Assembly: GCF_964213995.1 (NCBI RefSeq)
Contig: NW_027590123.1
Coordinates: forward strand, 992,001 to 1,056,000
DNA: 64,000 bases
Direction: 5' to 3'
DNA from: Mustelus asterias
Lineage: Eukaryota
Part shown: positions 11,410 through 24,986 of the stretch, piece by piece
How the letters are laid out: each line of letters opens with the position of its first letter
How positions within the stretch are numbered: position 1 is the stretch's first letter
The notes under the pieces: model-generated
What the model saw: only the letters and a program-made list of their open reading frames with translations
Told to the model about the DNA's origin: nothing
Databases searched by the model: none
Program-made: the position numbers and the translations under genes

Positions 11410-13210
11410 AGAATTTTATAAGTTTCAATGAGATCCCCTCTCACTCTTCTAAATTCCAATTTATACAATCCTAACTGACTTAGTCTCTCCTCTTATGACA
11501 GATCTGCCATCCTAGGAATCAGCCGGGTAAACCTTCACTGTGCTCCCTCTATAGCAAGGACATCCTTCCTCAGATAATAGTCCAGATGTGGCCTCACCAA
11601 TGCCCTGTATAATTTCAGTAAAACATCTCTATTCCTGTACTCAAATCCTGTTGCTATGAAGGCCAACATACCATTTGTCAGAGGATACAGCAGGATATAA
11701 ATTGCCTGGAGACCTGAACCAAAAGATGGCAGATGGAATTTAACACAGACAAACGTGAGGTGATGTAATTTGGAAGGTCTACTGCAGAAGGAAAGTATAC
11801 AGTAAATGCTAGAGTCCTTAGAAATGTTGGCGTACAGAGGGATCTAAGTGTGCAGATCCACAGTACGCTGAACGTGGCAACTCAGGTGGACAAGGTGGTC
11901 AAGAGGGCGAATCGCATGCTGGCCTTAAATCGGTCGAGACGCTGAGTATATAAGAATTGGAAAAACATGTTGCAGCTGTATAAGACTTTGGTTATGCTGA
12001 CCCTAGCAACTTCCCTACTACCTACATGAGGTTCAGTAGTCTATAGTTCCCCACTTTCTCGCTTCCTCCCTTTTTGAATCATGGGATATTCCTTTGTGAA
12101 TTCAGAAGCAAAGTACGAATTTAGTTCCTCAGCCACTTCTTTATTCCCCGTTATGAATTCTCCTGTTTCTGACTGTAAAGGGCCTACATTCGTTTTGTCA
12201 ACCTTTTTCTCTTTACATACCTATAGAACCTTTTACACTCAGTTTTTATGTTCTCCACTAGCTTACTTTCATATTCTAATTTCTCCTTCTGAATCAATTC
12301 CTTGGTCCTCCTTTGCTGTATTTTAAACTGCTCCCAATCCTCAGGTCTTTTGCTTTTTCTTGCCAATTTTTATGCTTCTTCTTGGAATCTAATGCTCTCT
12401 CTAATTTCCCTTGGAAGCAATGGTTTGGCTACAGTTCCTTTTCCACTCTTGTGCCAAATAGGAGTAAACAGCTTTGAGTTCACCTACTTGTTCCTTAAAT
12501 GCCTACCGTGGGTGGCACGGTGGCATAGTGGTTCGCAATGCTGCCGGGTTCGATTCCTGGCTTGGGTCACTGTCTCTGTGGAGTTTGCATGTTCTCCCCG
12601 TGTCCGCGTGGGTTTCCTCCGGGTGCTCCGGTTTCCTCCCACATTTTGAAAGACGTGTTGTTGGATACATTGACCCGAACAGGCGCCGGAGTGTGGCGAC
12701 TAGGGGAATTTCACAGTAACTTCATTGCAGTGTTAATGTCAGCCTTGCTTGTGTCTAATAAATAAACTTTAACATTGTCTGTCCACTGTCCTTCCTTTCA
12801 GTCATGTTTCCCAGGCCATCATAGCCAATCCATGCCTCAATCCATTATAGTTACCTTTACTGAAATTCAGGACTCTGGTGTCAGAATCAACTACATCATT
12901 ATTCACCTTGACAAAGAATTCTATCATATTATGGTCGCTCATCCCCAAGGGTTCTCTCACAACTAGATTGTCAATCCTTTCTCATTGCACAATACCCAGT
13001 TCAAGATGGCATGCTCCCCTTAGTCCCTCAAAGGTATTGGTCCAGAAAACCACTCCAAACATTCCTCCTCTATTGTAATGTGATTAATTTGATCACCCAA
13101 TCTATATGCAGATTAAAGTCACCTCTAATCACCGATATTTCTTTTACACATGCATCTCTGATTTCCTGTCTGATGCTTTTCCCAACATTACCATTAATTT
13201 GGTGGTCTGT
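11410..13210. mobile_element. Nested old CR1 fragments in both orientations, interrupted by a SINE
   Basis: Degenerate CR1 ORF2 pieces, e.g. minus-strand ARKSKRPEDWEQFK..KRFYRYVKRKR; plus-strand piece at 11680-12000. Confidence 0.75.
12509..12772 (+). mobile_element. tRNA-derived elasmobranch SINE (HE1-like)
   Basis: A/B boxes (TGGCATAGTGG, GGTTCGATTCC), body TGTGGAGTTTGCATGTTCTCCCCGTG, tail AATAAATAAACTTT. Confidence 0.85.
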
Positions 13211-14829
13211 ATACCACATATTATCAATCACGATATATGTGGGTGTGCCTGTCCGATACCAATCATTCTTGTTTGAAACAGTCGGTTTATTTTTTGCTAA
13301 TATTTATAAGTAGCTGTGAGAAACGTCTCATCACTCTGCTATTGTGTGGGTAATATTTAGCGTGAACGTTATAACATTTTCTCAGTGATAAACTGGCATT
13401 GAGGGACAGGTCAATATGAACAATAGTGCAGTGCTCTTTGCAATATATTTAGGAATCTCTGTTATGATGCCTTTTATTCGTTGTAGATTGTGCTGCACTA
13501 TGTCAATTTGCTGCAGATTTTAGCGATAAAGATTGTTTCGCCTGTCGTATTTTATTAATAGCATTCAACTGATACACTGGCGGTATGAGACAGAATTTTG
13601 TACTCGCAATATCGCCAGATGGGCTCCCACAGGCCAATTTTCTAACCAATGGTTCATTGTTCATCTGTTTCAGAAAGAAATAAAACGAAATGGCCACAGA
13701 ACAAGTTATGTTTGAATAGAATTTAAATATATATATTTTCTGCAATTTCCATTCTTATCTTCAAAATTATTTTTCAGTTTGGGATGTGTTAATCTGCCCA
13801 GGCCCGAAGCTCTGTTATTCCCTCCCGAAATCTCCTTATCTCACTTTCCTCGTCTAAATCAAGGCATAAAACTGTCCCTGTATTGATCGTCCTTTTAGTA
13901 ATCTGTTCAAATATCTCCTTGCTCAAAAACAAGATACTGCGGATGCATGGGATCTGAAAAATGAACTGCCAGAAACACTCAGCAGATCATTCATCATAAA
14001 TGGAGTGATATTAGTGCACTTGTCCATCTGTCTCTCTCTCTCTCTCTCCTCCCTCAGTCAACACTGCAGTTCATCCTCCAGGATTCATAGCATTTTATTA
14101 CTGAATTAGGTTATGATTCCGAGGAACATATTAATGGCCATTTTTGTTCTCTTGCTTACTATGGTACGACGATGTATATGCTTAAATTTCACTATATATT
14201 GAGTTTAGTTTTATTACACTGCCCCTCCTTCTGTTATTACTGCATTTCACCATGTAATTTTTTTTATTGCACAGGAGTTGTCTCAGTCATGTCTGTACGC
14301 CACCATATCTCGTTTTATCTTTCTTTCTGCACTATATAACGCAACCTGAAGTTTAATTTATTAACGGACTGGGCCTTGATCTATAAGGGCTACAATTAAC
14401 CCTGTCTCAGTTAGTACTGTACTTGACGATGTTCGCTGCAATAACCCATTTGGTGCAGTCGTATACAGTAATGCACTAGGCCATGCCTCTTCATATACTG
14501 CATTTGATTCATTTGAATCATTATTGCAATATACCTTGTATCTGTTTACATTACATTACATGCCGCTTCTTTTATATTACATGAAGACATGCCGTGATAT
14601 ATGCTACAATTAATCATTTCTGAGCTGTTGTTGCTCAGTCAATAGTCCACATATGTTACATTAGGTTCCATCTCAGATATTATTTTTGGTAGGTTGTATG
14701 CCATGCACTACTGAGTACACCCGTACCTCACGTTGCATTACATTGGGTCCGAATAAAATAGCAGGCACTGCCTCAGTTACTAATTTTCTATAAAATGCGT
14801 CTGATGGATGGAAAAAGAGGAAGACCAAG

Positions 14830-15120
14830 CTAGCTGGATGGCGCAGTGGTGAGCAGTGGTTAGCACTGCTGCCTCACAGTGCTGGGGACTCGAGTTCGAT
14901 TCCTGGCTTGGTCACTATATGTGTGGAGTTTGTACGTTCTCCCTGCGTCTGTGTCGGTTTCCTTCCACATTCCAAAGCTGTGCTAGTTAGGTGCATTGGG
15001 AATGTTAAATTCTCCCTCAGTGTACCCGAACAGCTGCCAGAGTGTGGCGACTGGGGGATTCTCAGAGCCGCTTCATTGCAGTGCTAATGCAAGCCGACAT
15101 GTGACTAATAAATTAACTTT
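14830..15120 (+). mobile_element. HE1-like SINE
   Basis: Same head, body and tail as 12509. Confidence 0.85.
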
Positions 15121-18100
15121 GAATAAATAGATACTAACTGAAGAAATGAAACGTATTCGTGTGGATGAAAGGGGCTGGAAGTATGCATTTCATCTTGTTA
15201 ATAAATATTCGGTGTTGCACATCCTATCTAGTTGCTCTCGTATTGTGTGCAATAATTTCTTGAAAGCTTGGGATGAATCTTGTAACATCCTCTTGTTCAA
15301 AAGAAATTGAGGAATACGATAAACGTATGCCACGTTGGACTGCAAATGCTCAGGGACAATTCAGCATGACCAGTCCTCCTAACCTGCACATCTTTGGACT
15401 GCAGGAGGAAAGTGGTAAACTTGGCGGAAACCCACGCACACAATTTGCAAAAACCACACAGACAGTTACACAAGGCCGAAATGGACCCTATGCCCATAAC
15501 AATGTGAGGTACCAGTCATAACTCCTATGTAAATAATTGCAATTAGTTTTAAGCATTTTATGGTAATTTGTTCAGTATTTACTTGCACATTCTTTGCCTC
15601 AGTCAATGCCTAAAGTAAATGAACTGCTCTGGACGTTCTTGATTGTGATATACAGCTGGCCATTCCACTGCCAAGGCATTGCATCTTTCAAATGACTCAT
15701 TGAACTTCTCTCCTCTCTTTCTCTGTCTCAGACAATACCTAAATCGGAAAACCTCTCTTCTCTCTCTCAACCTCCTTTAGCTCACTTACACAGGTACCCA
15801 TGAGCCGGATCTGGCTACTCGTTCAAAAATGTTTAACTTTCATGCTTAAGGCAACTTGTGACTGAAAAGATGAAGCACAACAATCTCAACAGAGGAAAAT
15901 TCAGCGCCGGAAACAGACCAGTTCACTCTTTTATACGCTCTCCTCGATTTCACTCACACAACACCTAACACACTTAAACTTTCTATCTTAGAACACCTGT
16001 GCGGGGAAAAATGTTGCTTTAATTTTCCCTCTTTTCTCTCAGCGATAATCTTCAATCCGTCTTCCTTTCAATTAACCTACCTAAACCCCAAATATGATCA
16101 TTTTCTTGATTCATTAACATGGCAATCGAAGTGAATGTAATGCTGCGACCGGCAGCAATTCTGTGACTGTTCTTGAAGCTTTCAGAATGAGTTCACCCTC
16201 GCAGGCAGGAAGACTGTTCACGGTGATAACATTAAACTGGCCCCGTTTGTTTCATTCTCAGGTAATATAACTTCCTGATTCTTGCTGCCAGTTCCAAACC
16301 ACACATTTCACTTCTGAGCAGAAAATAAATCCAGGGGCCACAATCTGACGAGAACATCTGTCAGTGCGGCCTATATCTGTCCACAGAGCCAGGGCAGAGA
16401 CACACAGATCACATTGTGGTGACATTTACAAATGAGTCTGTTGTGATCTGTTCAGAGTTTCCATTCCAGGACATAACTGGATGGTCAGTGGATCAGTCAC
16501 TGAGCTCTCCCAGGTTTCGTGAAGAAACGAAATGATAGCTCTTATCTTGCATTGTTCGATCATTTTCTCTCCATCTGCTATTTATTTTTTGTTCTTCAGC
16601 TTTTATCTGTCAGCACCCCGTTTTTCTTTCTCCTAACTCTCCCGGTGTCTCTCTCTCTCTCTATCTCCTTGCCAGTGTTTTGAACACTTTTATTCGTGTA
16701 TGGGAGGGTTGGAGGTGGACATTTGCCAGGAACGATTCCGAAATTCAATTATTCAATTCTATTTACAAGCCATCACTTTGAACAAATTAGCATTGGATCG
16801 AACTTGTTTCGGAAAAGTGCAATAATCCTTAACAGTTAACAGTGAATTGGAACCAATATCTGGTTTTGCTACGTTTGACACCTGCCAGTTGTTATTGAAC
16901 AATTTACTTTTTTCTAGAATGATCACACGGAAAAAAATGTTTATTTAAATGTTATATCATGTTCTGTCTCTCATATTCTATATATCTCATACATTAATTT
17001 ACATGACTCTCCCGGCCAGTTTATGTTATCATTGCGCCAGCACATCTGTCTATATTAGATTAGATTCTGTCTCTGTTGTTACCGCATAATTTTTAATCAT
17101 TTATGGGACGTGGGCATCACTGGCATCTGTTGCCCTTCTCTAATTGCCCCTGACAAAGTGATGATGAGCTGCCATCTTGAACAGCTACTGTCCATGTTCA
17201 CCAGGCAATATCACTGTTTATATCCACCCTCATAATATACCTGATCCTGATTCATCGTGTTACAGAGATTGTACAACCTATACACAGTAGAACATATTTA
17301 GGATGGTTACCATGGAATTGGCGAATGTAACGGTTAAACAGAAATATTGCTCCATCTCTGGAGAGCAGCTGATGTTTCAATCATTTGCATTAATAGGAAT
17401 AAGAAGTCTGAGAATTACAGGTGTAATTATCTCCTGCCGCCATCATTTTCACAAATCAGCACATAATTGAGTCGAAAATCAGGAACTTTAGTGAGACACG
17501 AAGAGGATCAATTTCCAGTAATCTCCTCGTCATTCGAGATGTGATTTATCCATTTTCCAACAGATTTTTAATGACAGATAAGTCAACGCTGGGAGCAAGA
17601 TAGTCAGATTGAAATCGTTTTGTGTGCAAGAGCACACAGCAGAATGGTTGTCAATAAATAGTTACATATTAAATGTTCTTCAGTTGAAATACATGAACTG
17701 TCTGGTGTTTTCATACACTCATGGAAGGCAGAGATGGACTGAAGGTTATCACTTGGAAAACTGAAGGGAAATTGCTGAAAGAAATCATTGCTCCAAAGGG
17801 GGTAATTGGAGAAAAGAATATTTAAAAGAAATAAGCACTCGAATGTCTAAGCAAGGTATGATATGATAATTCTTAGACATAGAACCATAGAATCCCTAGA
17901 GTTCAGAAAAAGACCATCTGGCTCACCGAGTTTGCATCCCACCCAGGCCCTCCCCTCTGCCCTGTCCCCGTTAGCCCCACACATTTACCATGGCGAATCC
18001 ACATACCCTATGGACAATAACAGGCAATTTTGCATAGCCAATCCATCGAATACGATCTGTTGTATTATGAACGAAGGACGGGTTTTGTGCAGTGATACAG

Positions 18101-18192
18101 AGACAGTGTCGAGTGCAACAATTATTGATACAGCACTTGTACTAATATGAATGTAGACTGGGTCCAGTTCAGTGCTTACTGAGAGCGGGTAT

Positions 18193-18990
18193 AGAACAAA
18201 GAAAAATTACAGCACAGGAACAGGCACTTCGGCCCTCCAAGCCTGCACCGACCATCTGCCCGACTTAACTAAAACACGCTACGCTTCCGAAGACCATATC
18301 CCTCTATTCCCATCTCATTCATGTACTTTCCTAGGCGCCCCTTAAAAGTCACTACCGTGTCGGCTTCCACTACCTCCCCGGCAACGAGTTCCAGGCACCC
18401 ACAACTCTCTGTGTAAAAGATCTGCCTCGTACATCTCTTTTAAAACTTGCCCCTCGCACCATAACCTATGCCCCCTAGTAATTGACTCTTCCACCCTGGG
18501 AAAAAGCTTCTGACTATCCACTCTGTCCATGCCTCTTATAATCTTGTAGACTTCTATCAGGTCTCCCCTCAACCTCCGTCGCTCCAGTGAGAACAAACCA
18601 AGTTTCTCCAACCTCTCCTCATAGCTAATGCCCTCCGTACCAGGCAACATCCTGGTAAATCTTTTCTGTACCCTCTCCAGAGCCTCCACATCCTTCTGGT
18701 AGTGTGGCGACCAGAATTGACCATACATTCCAAGTGCGGCCTCACTAAGATTCTATAAAGCGTCAACATGACTTGCCAATTTTTAAACTCAATACACCGG
18801 CCGATGAAGGCAAGCATGCCGTATGCCTTCTTGACTACCTTCTCCACCCGCCTTGCCACTTTCAGTGACCTGTGTACCTGTACACCCAGATCCCTTTGGC
18901 CTATCAATACTCCTAAGGGTTCTGCCATTTACTGTAAATGTCCTATCTGTATTAGACCTTCCAAAATGCATTACCTCACATTTGTCCGGA
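18193..18990 (-). mobile_element. CR1 LINE 3' fragment
   Basis: Frameshifted ORF2 C-terminus (QFWSPHYQKDVEALERVQKRFTRMLPG) and 3' UTR. Confidence 0.92.
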
Positions 18991-20279
18991 ATTTGTATAG
19001 CGTAGTACTAACCAGCGTGATGTTTTCTCACATAGACAGAAAAATGAATTACGCAGCTGTAACAAAGTCAAGGTTTATTCTAATGTAAGCAGAGACAATG
19101 TGTACTATAATTTAAACTGAGACAGGTTCTAGTGTAATGTAATCTCACATGGACGCTATTAGAATATAGGGATATAATCTCGTGTGATATAAACAGAGAT
19201 GTGACCCAGTGGAATAAAAAGTGAGGCAATGCAGAGTAAAGCAATAATTGAGAGGGGATAATGTGTAAAATGAACAGTGGTATGGTTTGGCGCATTAATA
19301 AAGGACACAGCAGCTAGCGCAATAAAACTCCACCTGTTCAATCGGTTCAAATACTGTTGAATCTGAATCTGGGCATTGTATGATATAAACTGAGACAAAG
19401 CTGATGCAATAATTTCAAACTAAGGCTTCAGATTGATAAAAGATTTGACAGGGACATTAGAGCAATGAACGAGTCATGAAATAGAACAATAATTAGAGAC
19501 AGGATATTATTCGGTATAAAGAGGGAGGTGGACTGGTGCAGCAGTGGTTGAGGTATCGTCGAGGTTTCTTTATACGTTGCAGATTCCAGCAATGTAATAT
19601 CAAATGAGGCTTGGTGCGGTATAGTGACAACTAGGATTTTGCTGAGTATAGAATCAATTGAGAATTATTGTCACGTAATCAGAAATATGATTTTGTGTCA
19701 CATAAACTGGGTCTAGTTTAGGATGGATAAAGACTGCATCTATTGCAGCAATAACTGAGACGTTCTGTTTCGCGTCGTGCCAAAGAGCACGGTTTCACTG
19801 CCATCTCCTGGACGTCCTTTGCTATTGCAGATGTTATGAAATGCTGATTTTCGTTGCTGTTTCTTATTCTTTCATGGGGTGTATACACAGCTGGCCAGGC
19901 CAGCATAATTTGGCAATCGCGAGTACTCTGAATTGATTGGTTTCCTAGATCATCACAGAAGTCATGTAAACGCCAAACACGTGTGGGCCTTGAGTCAGCT
20001 ATGGGCCAAACTGGGAAATGATGGATGGTTTCCTTTTCTGCTGGGCATTAGAGGATCTGCTATATTACTTGTATTGGCCGCAATTACGGAACGAGGTTTA
20101 AATTCAAAATTGCAATTGCATTTTAAAACCCACGTTCTTTTGCAGTTAGATTTGAACATATACCTTGAGAAAATTGCCTCCCCTCAGAAATCCTCTCCCA
20201 GTGATATTACCACTTTGCCACTGACTTCATTTTCCATACTGATAGACTATTTACAGGAGAGAAGAAGGCCATTTTGAAG

Positions 20280-21850
20280 CATCATGTATGTGCTGGTCCT
20301 CTAAAGGAGCAATTCATCCAATAACACTCTATAGCCCACAGTCCAGCATTTTTTTCAATTCCAGACAATAATCCAATCCCATTTTGAAACCATCAATTGG
20401 CGCTCCCTGAACCGTACTCTGAAACAGCAGATTGCAGGTCTGAATCAGTCACTGTCCGAAAATGTTTTTCGTTATGACTCCATGCTTCTTTCACCAATTA
20501 ACTTCAACCCGCGCCCTCTGTTACAAAATCCATCTGCTATTGAACAATTACTCTCTATCTACTCTGTCAAGACCCCTCAGGATTTTGAAGGCCTCAATGG
20601 GATCACATCAGCAACTTCCTGTCAAGGAAATCAGTCCGAACCTCACCAATATATTTTCGGAACTGAAGTTTCTGATCTCTGGAACTAATCTCGTATTTTC
20701 CCCCTGCATCCAGCCTATTGGCTTTACATTTCTCCTTACGTTTGGTGCCCAGAATTTGACGCAATTTTTCAGTTGACTATTTTCCAGTGCTTTTTACAAA
20801 TTTAGCATAACTTCCTTGCTTCTGTATTATTTTCCCTAACAAAGACTGTTAACTATTTTCTTTTCCGCTCTTTCAAACTATCTTCCACCATGAATGATCT
20901 ATGCACATATTCACTCAGGTCCCTCGGCGTCTTACCGCCACATTCATAGCGTTTTCATAATTTCCCTTTGTCTCTTCACATTCTGCTTAACAAAACTAAT
21001 CATGTAACTTTACATGCAATCAATTAAATCTCCCAATTGCAGGACAATTCCACAAATTAGTTTTTTTTTCGTTCTGAAGTTCTGCTCGGTCTTCTGATGG
21101 TTGGCAATGTTTCCATGTTTTGCATTATACACAGATTTTGAAAGTCTGACCTCCATCCCAAGCTCTCGGCCATTACTATGCCGGGAAGATCAAGAGTCAT
21201 ATAACCTGTTCCTGGCACCTTCACTGCAAACTTTGTTCCAGTCCGAAAAACAGCTATGAGTTGTTTCCTGGCACTCAGCCAATTTCCTATCCGTGTTGCT
21301 CCTATCCATTTTATTCTCTGATCTCCACATTTACTCACAAGCTGTGATGTAGCACCATATCACATGACCTTTGGACGCCCATTAAGAGAAATACCCTCAC
21401 AAACCATCTCTGTTGTTCAGCATTAAACTCAAGCAAGTTGACGAAAAACGATTTGATCTGAACAAATACATTCTGGCTGAATTTGTCAAAAAGCATTAAA
21501 GTGGGATGATTTCTGCAGTGATGAAGGCAGTGAAGATATGGATGTTATATCTGCTGGCGACACAAGGATAGATCGTAAAATTGGGCATTGGCGAGGGCAT
21601 TGGATATATATCAAATATTGTGCACACTACTTGTCTCCTTATCTTAAGAAATATGTTAATGCATGAGAAAAAGTTCAGAGGAGTTTTACGAAACCATCAC
21701 CAGCTCTGAGCGGGTGATCTGATGAGGAAAGGATGTTGACGCCAGGTTTGTATCCACGGGAGTTCAGAAGAGTAAGAGGCAAATTGACTGAAAGCTTTAA
21801 AACGCTAAGGGGTGCCAACAGTGTGGATGTTGAGCGGATGATTCCTCTTG
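20280..21850. mobile_element. Old degenerate CR1 fragments
   Basis: Scattered CR1 ORF2 and 3' UTR similarity on both strands. Confidence 0.55.
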
Positions 21851-21909
21851 TCCAATGTTGTAGCTGCACTGGATATGTCTCTGAGTGTACATTTGTGGGC
21901 TCTTGGTAT

Positions 21910-22027
21910 TCCGTCTGTTTCCAATGCTGTTGTACTGTCCACGGAGGGCGCTCTCTGATCGCTTACCGAAAATCATGGCATCTTTTTGCAGAAAGTGAAT
22001 ATTTGCCGATATGCAAATGGGCGGAGA
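21910..22027 (+). promoter_or_regulatory. Orphan paralogue of the upstream region of the V segment at 34919, with an octamer
   Basis: Aligns by eye with 34685-34807; ATGCAAAT at 22011-22018 is followed by GGGCGG. Confidence 0.55.
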
Positions 22028-22767
22028 AAATAAATCCCATCCCATCACATTGTATCTTCCCGGTTCTTTTGATTCAACCTTTAACTTCAATACATTTATT
22101 TAACACAAATGTCCTCATTCTGAATTGAATATCTCTGAAATAGACAACATTGAATTGCAAGCATGGCTAATCAACAAAAGAGCGCGAGTCACTGGGAAAT
22201 ACACATCCCATGGTACTTTTTTGAAATTGACCAAAGTCAGCTTTCAAACAAAAGCAAATATCTTTCAAGGGAAGAGATTTAAGAATGATCTGTTAGTTAT
22301 ACGTGATCCTTCTTTATTCGGTGTGTGAAACATTCTGGCACTTAAATATCTTTCATCGACCGGAGGCCCAGCAGTTCCGCACTGATTCTCGATTTCCTCA
22401 TCTGTCTGAGTGTTTTTTCCTATTTCTTTATTCGGAAGAACAATTTTAAAAATAAGCTTCGAAGCAATGTGTGCCATTTCCTCGAGTTCCGTTACAGTTT
22501 CACTTGTGTCTGTCTACCACGACTGGTAGACATGTTTCAGATGGTGATTAAGTCTGTTCGTCGGCACCGGTAAACGCATTAAATTTTGTTGCGGACTGAA
22601 CGAGTAGCGAATATATGTACAAACAATACATACATTTATTTCCTGCCATTGCATCCTAAATAACAGCATTTCTGATTTTCCTAAAGGCAATTGAATTAAT
22701 GTAAGGTCCGATTTTCCGAAAAGCATTTGAGTTGATGTAACATCGAGATTCACATAATGTTGAGCAA

Positions 22768-23080
22768 TGATGGTGGCACAGTGGGACGGCACAGTGGCAC
22801 ATTGGTTAGCACTGCGGCCTCACAGACACCTGAGTTCGATTCACGGCTTGGGTCACTGTCTGTGTTGCGTTTGCACGTTCTCTCCGTGTTCCCCGGGTCC
22901 TGGTTTCCTCCTACGGTCCAAAGATGTGCAGGTGAGGTGGATAGGCCATGCTAAATTGCCCCTTAGTGCCAGGGGGACGAGCTAGGTAAATACATGGGGT
23001 TATGGGGATAGGGCCTGGGTGGGATTGTGTTCGGTGCAGTCTCGATGGGCCGAATGGCCTCCCTCTTCACTGCATGATTC
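22768..23080 (+). mobile_element. HE1-like SINE
   Basis: tRNA-like head and CR1-like 3' tail. Confidence 0.85.
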
Positions 23081-24408
23081 TAGGAAGTTAAACCATGCAG
23101 GCATCGCACTCCCTTCATAAGAATGGTCCAAAAGTGCTTCTAAAGTGCCGGGTTTTGATCCGGGAATCTTTTACGTGTGAGGCGAACGTGGTAACCATGA
23201 CATTACACGAACAGCTGACAGCATATTTTAGCTAATCGGCCTGTCTGCAATGTCCAACTGCGCTGCGCTGCTGCAGGTTCCAATGGTTAGACTGAGAGCC
23301 CATGTCACTTAATTCAGGAAGAAAACCGGTATTTTCAACCTGATTTCTCAACTTATCTTGAACATCAAAATTTAAAAGCTTTCGTTTGGCAAATATCTAA
23401 GTGAGCATTGATTTCTGCCCATTCATTAATGCATCATTCTCATCTTCCTTCGAATAATCTCAACAAATTGTAATCAGTAATAAAAGTAAATTACTGCGGA
23501 TTCTGGAATCGGAAACCAAAAGAGAAAATGCTGGAAAATCTCGCAATGTCTGACAGCTCCTGTTAGGAGAGAAAAGGGCTGACCTTTCGAGTCCAGATGA
23601 CATTTTGTGAAAGCTCATTGAGCAATTGTACTCAGTATTTTTTTTATTATTCACTATTTAGTATCAATGCATTATTTAACACATATGTCTTCATTATGAA
23701 TTGAATATTTCTGGAATTGAATATCACTGAATTGCAAACATAACTGACCAACAGAACGAAGCGAATCACCGGGTAATCACCGGGTAATACAGATCGCAAT
23801 TTTGAGATTGACCATCGCCAGCTTTTAAACAAATTCAACTACGTTTTAAATGGAAGTGATTCAAAAATTAAATGTTCGTGACACTTGAGCCTTTTTTATT
23901 ATGGGCGTGAAATAGTCAGGCGCATAAATTCCGGCCATTTATAGGAAAGTCCAGAAGATCTGCACTGAGTCCCGATTCCTTCATCTGTCTGAGTGTCTTT
24001 TTTTCTATTTCTTTGTTGTGAACAACGATTTTAAAATGGAATCTTCTGGGAAATGAGCGCCATTTCCGATAGATCACTTACAATATCACTTGTGTCAGTC
24101 TTCTGGAGCACAAACTACTATTAGATATGTTTCAGACGGCGATTAGCCATGTCAGTCTGCACCTATAAACCCATTAAATTCTGTTGGAGACTGAACGAGA
24201 TGCGAATATGTGCTCGATGTCAAAATCGAAACGTTTCTTTCCTGTCAGTGCATCAAAAAAAAATCAGCATTTCTTATTTTACAGAAAACATTGGAGGCCG
24301 ATGTCAGAGCAACGATAATATGCCTGTAATATCGAGGTTCAGATAATGTTGAGGAACGAACTGAAATCATGCAATTTTCCTTCACCCGACATGAGAAATC
24401 TTAATGAA

Positions 24409-24481
24409 TGTTTCTGCTTCGTTTGGAACCAGGATCCTTCCGCGTGTCAGACGAACATAATAACCACTACACTACAGAAAC
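24409..24481 (-). pseudogene. tRNA-Val pseudogene (best-preserved copy in the array)
   Basis: Reverse complement GTTTCTGTAGTGTAGTGGTTATTATGTTCGTCTGACACGCGGAAGGATCCTGGTTCCAAACGAAGCAGAAACA resembles vertebrate tRNA-Val; T-stem is broken. Confidence 0.8.
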
Positions 24482-24986
24482 AGCTGGACTCAAGCTGCAG
24501 CAAATCGGCCTGTCCGCAATGTTCAACTGCTGCAGGTTCCAATGGTTAGACTGAGAGCCCATGTCACTTAATTCAGGAAGATAACCGTTGCTTTCAATCT
24601 GATTGCTCAAATTATCTTGAACTTCAAAAGTTAAAAGCGTTCTTCTGGCAAATATCTAAGGGAACAATGATTTCTGGCCATTCATTAATGCATCATTCTC
24701 ATCTTCCTTCGACTAATCTCAACCAATTTTACTCAGCGATAAAAGCAAATTCCTGCGGATACTGGAATCGGAAACCAAATGAGAAAATGCTGGTAAATCT
24801 CAAAACGTCTGACAGCACCTGTAAGGAGAGAAATGAGCTGATGTTCGAATCCAGGTGACACTTTAACAAAGTTCATTGTACAATTGTACTCAGTATTTGT
24901 TTCAGTATTTAGTCTGAATGCATTATTTAACACATATGTCTTCATTATGAATTGTATACCTCTGAAATTCAATATCATAGAATTGC

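Noticed and set aside
24884-24986. N-terminal extension of the 984-aa ORF
   Set aside because: Flanking Val-array DNA with a TTG start; not part of the element.
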